From positions 20,670-84,669 of the forward strand of contig CACOQT010000002.1 of assembly GCA_902629395.1 (NCBI GenBank): a DNA stretch of 64,000 bases. Reading direction: 5' to 3'. This stretch comes from an uncultured Prochlorococcus sp. GTDB lineage: Bacteria > Cyanobacteriota > Cyanobacteriia > PCC-6307 > Cyanobiaceae. Every line of letters begins with the position of its first letter. Positions within the stretch are counted from its first letter, which is position 1. Shown piece after piece: positions 62,979-64,000 of this stretch. The notes under the pieces were generated by a model. It did no database searches and was not told the DNA's origin. It saw nothing but the letters and a program-made list of their open reading frames with translations. The position numbers and the translations under genes were made by a program.

Positions 62979-64000
62979 GAAATAAACCCTATTTTAATCC
63001 AAGGCCCTTTTTGTATGAGTTGCTCTGAATAAATGGGTGGGCAACTAACAACCAAAGGTCCACAAGTTTGTGGATCCACTAAAACTTTCAACATTGTATT
63101 GTAAGACGAATCCTTAGAAAATAAATTATTAGAGATTAACTCTAATCTTAAAGTCTCATCTCCATCTATATTTTTTAAAAAAATTTCATTTGAAGGTGCA
63201 AAAGAACTTTCAAATCCTTGATCTGAAAGTTCTAAAACTCCATCATATAAAGGTATATTATCAAGCTGAAGAATAATTTTTAAAGGGTCTAAATTCAATC
63301 TCAATTGGTCAATATTTGTATGGTGCAACATTTCCGATAAATGACCTAGCAAACCAAAACCAGTGATATCAGTACATGCATTAACAACTTTGGAGGGTTG
63401 GTATATATTGATTAATTTATTAATCGAATTTACAACATTATGCTGACTTTTATTCATTTCTTTAAGAGCAGAGTCAAGTATATGAGGTTTTACTTGTCCA
63501 TTCATAAATGCTGAAAAAATTATTCCAGTTCCTAAACAGCGACTGATTAGAAGATGATCTCCTTTCTTCATTCCTCGCTTAGACCAAAAATATTTTCTTT
63601 CATCAATACTTCCATTTACAGTTAATGAGCTCTCAATCTCTAGAGAGAATGGTTCTTCAGGTGTTTTTCTTGATTCTAATGTATGACCTCCTATAAGTTT
63701 CGCACCTTGAATAGCTAAAGCAGAGTTAATACCTTCCAATAATTGAAATAACAATTCCTGCTGTAAATTATTGGTCAAAGGTGGTAAGTTCACAAAAGCT
63801 TGTGCAGAGATCACAGAGCCTCCGCATGCCCAAATATCAGAACAAGAATGTAAAGCTAAAAGCCTTCCGTTTAACCATGGGTCGCTAACTAAAGATGGAA
63901 AACCATCGACGCTTTGTATTAAAATCTTACTAGAATTTAATATTCCAATATTAACAGAATCATCTGATGATTCTATTGTATTTAACCTTTCTAATACTGT
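62975..64000 (-). CDS. selD: Selenophosphate synthetase SelD (C-terminal part; 5' end beyond the window)
   Basis: The frame stays open past the ORF-track start: DDSV....QSVDGFP.LVSDPW.NGRLLALH.CSDIWACGG, then LIGGHT.E, LGTG..F.A, ACTDITGFGLLGHL.EM, L.DPQTCGPL. Confidence 0.92.
   Translation of the reverse strand, partial: TVLERLNTIESSDDSVNIGILNSSKILIQSVDGFPSLVSDPWLNGRLLALHSCSDIWACGGSVISAQAFVNLPPLTNNLQQELLFQLLEGINSALAIQGAKLIGGHTLESRKTPEEPFSLEIESSLTVNGSIDERKYFWSKRGMKKGDHLLISRCLGTGIIFSAFMNGQVKPHILDSALKEMNKSQHNVVNSINKLINIYQPSKVVNACTDITGFGLLGHLSEMLHHTNIDQLRLNLDPLKIILQLDNIPLYDGVLELSDQGFESSFAPSNEIFLKNIDGDETLRLELISNNLFSKDSSYNTMLKVLVDPQTCGPLVVSCPPIYSEQLIQKGPWIKIGFIS

Overview
A 64-kb, AT-rich, gene-dense stretch of a marine picocyanobacterial chromosome. 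The 16S/23S sequence, the Prochlorococcus-type PsbB/PsbM/CpeA, the full reduced phycoerythrin cluster and the low GC point to a low-light Prochlorococcus, most like the NATL/LLI clade (inference, not a database match). Most of the window is core genome: fadD-lipB-hpf-deoC-recO, proC-sepF-pipY-pipX-der, dusB-cobI-miaE-aroQ, psaE-mutM, one complete minus-strand rrn operon (16S-Ile-Ala-23S-5S), invertase, petBD, ctpA, minCDE, psbM/psbB/psbT, nrdR-rpsA-metK, the ppeC-cpeS-cpeT-cpeY-mpeX-cpeZ-cpeA-cpeB cluster, uvrD/pcrA, a tRNA nucleotidyltransferase and selD. Two tRNA-anchored accessory islands stand out. (1) After tRNA-Thr(GGT), ~13.8-16.0 kb: small hypothetical genes, a Cys-rich protein, a broken HTH gene and a second DedA/TVP38 paralog. 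(2) After tRNA-Phe, ~44.3-49.3 kb: a TPR / Fe(II)-2OG hydroxylase / TPR-methyltransferase trio and tightly packed small ORFs, closed by a degenerate 34-bp copy of the tRNA-Phe 3' end at 48457-48490 that looks like an old att site. An unannotated PsaM-like small protein lies just outside it. Other oddities are a DeoC lacking its Schiff-base lysine and a perfect 20-bp UUCG hairpin upstream of cpeB. No CRISPR array, integrase or intact transposase was seen.
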